From the NCBI RefSeq assembly GCF_009914755.1, contig NC_060934.1: a DNA stretch of 64,000 nucleotides, one strand, 5' to 3'. The notes below the pieces were generated by a model. That model did no database searches and was not told where the DNA came from. It was given only the letters and a program-made list of their open reading frames with translations. Positions 57,813 to 64,000 of this stretch are shown here, in pieces. The position numbers were made by a program, and so were the translations under genes. The stretch's first letter is position 1. Each line of letters begins with the position of its first letter. The stretch is from the human T2T-CHM13v2.0 reference genome, Homo sapiens.

Positions 57813-58699
57813 GTTTTCATTTAAAGTCTAGGAATCACCTTTATAATCATCCAATGCAGTTATTTTAGCACTTCTTTTTTAGCCTTGAAAATTTTTCAAA
57901 ACTCATTTTTTTCCTGGAACTCCAGTGTATAAAAGAGAGAACTTCAGAGTTATTCTGGCTAGAGAAGGCAAGCATTGGGAGTTCCTGGGACTTCATTCAC
58001 TCTACCTGCCACTCTATAATGGGTGACAGGAGGAAATACTCAAAACTTTTGGGATCTAGTAAAAAGTCCTCATTTTATGTATGATAAAACTGAAGTCCAG
58101 AGTAGAAAAACTTTCTCAAGTGCAATATTATATAGTACTGTTTTGTGTAATGTATCAGATTGTATTATAGGATAAAAAGAAATTAATTTTATAAATAACA
58201 ATCTGATATTTTTTGGCTAGAGAGTTTACCACAGTTTAATTATATGAGTACTGACACTTGGAAATCTTTGATATATTACAATAGTATAAATAGAAGCATT
58301 AAATCAGTATGGGAATAATACTTTTTAAGACATATGAAGATAGAGATGGGGTAAGGAGAGGAAGTTGCAGCATGTTTAGGTTCTGCCAACCATAATAGTG
58401 GGATGAGCCACACAGTGAGCTAGAATTTGATTAATGGAGCAGAGCATCTATGTTTCACAACAATCACTTCATGGGCATCATGATAATGACACTATAGTAA
58501 AGCAACCTAAATGCAATGATATCAAATTCAAATGAAAGAAATACAACAAGTAAGAAACTAAACATGATCTTGTGAAATTCCATTTGATTTTTGACAGCTG
58601 AATTGAAGTTTAAGAAGTGTTTCAGTGGCAGATAAAAGTTAAAACTGTGGAGAAAATGGCTTGCATAGGAAATTAAAAAGATATTTTGAGCTTCTGTGC

Positions 58700-60940
58700 C
58701 TGAGATTTTCTTGAACAAGGAATCAGTTTGTCTTCTCTCCTACTGGTGTTGTCTTCAAAATTTAATCTATTTTTCCTAGGAATATTTCCAGGAATAAATC
58801 AAGATTTGGACCTATGTATTATTTCTAGGAAAATTTCCTGAAATAAAGACTTGAAACTACATATTCTTCCTGGCAAAACTGTCCTGCGATGGCCAACATT
58901 GGGACTTATTCTAGTGAATCTTTTGGTCTTGAAATGAAATTTTTTTAAAAGTATTTTCACTATGCAGAAGAAAAAAAAACAGAAAAAATATCAGGTCACT
59001 TCCACGGGAGAGAAAAACATATTGATGTCAAACTCTTTGACAAGGATGTTTTATGCTGTAAGACAAAGGACTAATATATGTAGGATACTCAAGGAAGGAA
59101 AATGTGAGCCAAATGTTTTCTATTCAGGCAAAAATGATTTTCAGTATCAAAGCTGTGGGCTAACACGAACATGCAAGAACTCAGGACATATTGTTCCCGT
59201 GCAACCTACCAGATAATATATTTTAGATAACCAAAGTCACTGGAAAGACATTGGCATAGTATGAGTGGTGAGCCCTGAATACATATATGACTATAGAACT
59301 AGTACTAAAGAATAAGCATGAGAGGGATGGTAGAGTTGTGATGGTTATACACTATGCAGATTTAGTAAAATTATTAAAGTGGGAGAAAGAGAGAAAAAAA
59401 TTGTCTTAACTACAAGATAAGCCATAAATGGAAAAGACAAACTAAAACAGATGATATTGTGAAAGGGTAAAACATGAAACTATCATTAGATATAACTGAG
59501 GCCAAACTCATCAGTCATGTCAAAAACACACATGGCTTAATTTATCAAAACAAAGAAAATAATTTTCAGATTGGCTAACAGAACAAAATATAGTAGTATG
59601 ACATATAATAGGACTGTGAAACATAAAGTGACTCAGAAAAGTTAAAAACAAGAAAGTGAATATGATTCTACTGAGTAGGAGCAATTGAGAAGAAAGCAAG
59701 GTTTGCAATCTAGAATCCAGATGACTGACAAAGTGGGAGTTAATTTTTCTTTTAAAAAAAAAGCAGTAAGGGAAGCAACACATAGTACTTTTCTTTGCTA
59801 AAGACTTACAGTCAGTTTAAAGATTTAACATAGTGAACATTTTTATAAAGTAAAAACTGCAAGGGATGTAAGGAAAAATAGAAACTGTTTCAGACTGGGT
59901 TAACCAAGAAATGCATTCTGAGACAATGATATGAAGTCAATTGGGAGATAATCCGACAAAGCATGTGTACAGTAGGAGAAAGGTGATACAGGAAAAGTTA
60001 AGGAAGCCAGGAAAGGATGTCTAATCAGTGATTTTTGCTGCAGGCCACGGAAACCTATCCTTGCTAGGAATTCTGGAAGACAATATAGAACAGAGCTCAG
60101 AGTTAGACCACAGCAGGGGCAGGACACCCAGGAAACATTTTCTCCAACTTATATCTGGTATTGGCCTGAGGGCTTTTCTAGTGTCATCAACTGTCTCATA
60201 AAGGCGGAAAAACTTCAAGCAGAAAGTCACGAGAACACCGCTGATATACACATAAGACAGTGGGTAGTAAAGAAACATAGCCAGAACAATATTAGTAATG
60301 TGATGCTACTCTATGTCCATGAGTATCATATGGACAAAACAATTCAAATTGAATATGATTGAAGTATGAGTCTTAAATACATACACATGTCTGTACATAT
60401 ATATCTATGTTTATAAATACTATACATGTATATCTCTATCATATATAAATATAAAACTGAAGAACAGAAGACATGACAATTGACCATAAAGACACTGAGG
60501 TTGCAAAGAGATTTCAGTGAATTCACATCCAAAGATGAGAAGTAATATAAACATTGATAATACAAATACTGTCTCTGTAAATAGAATAAAATTAGAAATG
60601 AATTAGTTTAAAAACCATGACCTTTACCAATTTTACTGCCTTAAAAAAGCATATAAAAATATTTGAACAAATGATGGCAAATCATGTTCATGAATTGAAA
60701 GAATATCTTAACAAATTTAATTATTCTCTAAATGTTGATATATAAACTTAATGTAATGCCAAGTACAATTCCAACAGAAGTTTTTTTCTTAGTTGTTGAG
60801 AATTAGTTTTAAATGACTCATGATTATATAAAAATCAATTAATAGCCGTACATAGAAAAAGTATGTGAATCTTAAAAATAATGGTAAAGTTTCTGCTATT
60901 AGAAAAAGTATCTCACTGATGAGTATTAGACTATATACAA
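58700..60940 (+). mobile_element. Patchwork of very old L1M fragments with an embedded L2 piece
   Basis: A-rich diverged L1 ORF1/ORF2-like stretches. Boundaries approximate. Confidence 0.45.
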
Positions 60941-60944
60941 ATAT

Positions 60945-61259
<315 letters not shown>

Positions 61260-61466
61260 TCAGTAACATGGAATAGAGAAAACAGATTCTGGTAGATTTG
61301 AGAATGTAGAATTTTATATATTTATATTTGAGAATATATATATACATCAATAACAAATTTAGTGTATGAGAAAAGTAATATTTCATTTCAGTGGAGGCAA
61401 CGTAATTTAATAAATGTAGCTGTCACAACTCCATCTAAAAGAAAATAAAATTTTCATGTAACTACA

Positions 61467-61903
61467 TGTATTAATTTGTGATGGCTGCCATAAAAAAGTT
61501 TCACAAACCGGGTGGCTTAAACAGAAATTTATTGTTCCACAGTTCTTGTGCCTAGAGGTCTGAGATCAGGATGTTGGTTGGTTCTTTCTGAGGGCTGAGA
61601 GGAAAAACCAGTTCCAGGCCTCTCTCCTAGCTTCTGATATTTTTGGGCTATCTGTAGCACGCTTTGGCTTGTGGATGCATCACCCCCACCTCTTCATGTT
61701 CACGTGCATTCTCTCTTGTGCACTTGTCTGTCTCTTCACAGGCCATTCTTTTGTAGGATCCACCCTACGAAAATATGACCCCTTTTGAACTTAACTAATT
61801 ACATCTGCAACAATCCTGTTTCCAAATAGGATCACATCCAGAGAGCGCAGGAGTTAGAACTTCAACATATAAATTTTGGGGGGACGTAATTCCAACCGTA
61901 GTT
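61467..61903 (-). mobile_element. MLT1 (B/C-like) MaLR LTR
   Basis: TGTATTAATTT...GGCTGCCATAA...GGGTGGCTTAAACAGAAATTTATT...ACTTCAACATATAAATTTTGGGGG. Confidence 0.8.
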
Positions 61904-62882
61904 CAAACACTGTATATTCAAATTTCAATTGTACTAAATATAAACAGCTGAATAGAAAACAAGCAAATATTTTGAAAAGAGAACTATTACAAGGTTAAGT
62001 GTTCACATTACCAATAAATACATGATTAAGACCTGTCCTTCCTAGTAATTAGGAAAAGGATTATTAAAGTATTATAACATTTTGACATATACACTACACA
62101 TATTTCATTGGTAGAAGGAAAAATAAAGTAGATAACGTTGACTGGCAAGGATGTGGAAAACGGAGTGTTCTCAAACATAGTAGAAAAATGAGTTTTACAG
62201 CATATAAAAAGTCACCTAATGACTTCCTTTATCATTTTATGTGCCTATCTTCTAATAATGCCATCCCTGCAAATCTATTTCTAGAAGTAAAAGAACTGAC
62301 ATATATCAACATATGCAATTGGATGTTGATGTCTTTGACTGTAGTAGCAAAAAAGTAGGTAAAATGATTATTTTGTAATAAGAATATGCTTAAATATTTT
62401 GTAGTTTATTTATATCATGGTATATTTAAGTCATTATAATGAATGAAATAAATCAATAATAGATGGCTTGGAGACAGAGTTACAGGAGAAAACAAGATGC
62501 AGAGAGCTACAGTATAAAATAATATTTTTGTAAAACAATTGAAACTATATAACTTTTATGTTTAAATTCACCTTAATATATAGAGATATGGTATATTACA
62601 ATGAAACCTATTAACCTTCTTCATTTCTTTATAAGAATACAAAGTAACATATAAATGAAAGAGTACGAAATTGTGAATATTGAATATGTAAGGTGGACAA
62701 AGGCTAGATGAGGATGGGCTGAGGGTAGGAGACAGATAAGAATAAGAAGCAGCAAAAAGAGGAGAAAGAGGAAAAGGAAATCAGCTTTATTATTACAGAT
62801 GAAACTTTATGAAAGTGCATGACTTTTTAACTATGAATTCAACAGTAAAGCCCTTGAAACTAGAAATAGACAGATAAGTAGA

Positions 62883-63180
<298 letters not shown>

Positions 63181-64000
63181 TAACTTTCCCTTACCCATGC
63201 TCCCTAAGATTTTTTTTTACCCAAGACCTTAAGGAAGTACAACTGAAAACAGATATGAAGATAGCTTGTATATAATATATTTTAAATTGTTGTGCTGCAC
63301 CTTGCTGTCGACTCAGCATCACCTCACCATAATAATCTAAGGCTGAGAACCATGGTTCCCAGAATCCCTTTTTCTATGAGGGAATTAGCATTTGTCAATA
63401 AGAGGAACTTGTATGAGAGTTGAGGGAGAAAGAGTGGAGCCATCATTCTCAGGAGGCTGTGTGGATCAGATACAGTTTAATACAGTGGCTGCATTAAACC
63501 ATTTACAGACCAAATGAGTAAAGTGGCTTCTCCTTTCCTGACAGATTTCTGGCTGATAGAGTTATATATGAATAGAGAGTTATCATACAGAAAAGAAAGT
63601 TAAATTAAAATAATAGCCATAATAGAAGAAACCACTAATTGAGCAGTAAGCTCAGAGTCACAGAAGCAGCCATCCCAGAGTGAAGCAATAAGGGTGTGCT
63701 GCATTGTCTGGAAAGAATTCATATTTTAAAAATCAGCTAAATTGCGTTCCACTTTTTATTATCATAAGACCCACATTTCTATACCGTGTCAGGGATAAAA
63801 TAATCCTCCCTGCAGGGTGGGACTCTCCCAATGCCCACTGTTCTTGGTCCATCACTGGAATAATAACAATTAATGCATCAAAACACGTACATGCAATGTA
63901 TCCCAAAAGATATAGAAGCATCTTGGCAGGTGGAACTTGACTGTAAATTGTTTCAATTGAGCTATAATATCTACATAAAACATGCATCAATTAGAAGTGG

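Overview
AT-rich, repeat-dense primate (most likely human) intronic or intergenic DNA. I cannot support any intact protein-coding gene, RNA gene or CRISPR array. The listed ORFs come from decayed L1 ORF1/ORF2, Alu, LTR or simple-repeat sequence, or look like chance ORFs. Main content: a full-length but dead L1PA (minus, about 9.1-15.9 kb) nested in the tail of an older Alu and itself carrying an AluS; a 5'-truncated L1PA; a 5'-inverted (twin-primed) L1PA; about 11 Alus; solo LTRs (MLT2, THE1, MER57-like, MER52-like inside LTR16-like, MLT1); MER DNA transposons; old L1M, L2 and MIR debris; and a 24-bp AT-rich minisatellite. Points worth a second look: recurring short templated inverted or direct duplications (template-switch footprints, including a 75-nt hairpin), a decayed Gypsy-type integrase remnant, a diverged 36-38 bp motif pair in otherwise unique DNA, two candidate exons, and DUX4-type motifs in two LTRs. 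I found no convincing evidence of a new biological system. Repeat subfamily names are from recall of consensus sequences and need Dfam/RepeatMasker confirmation.
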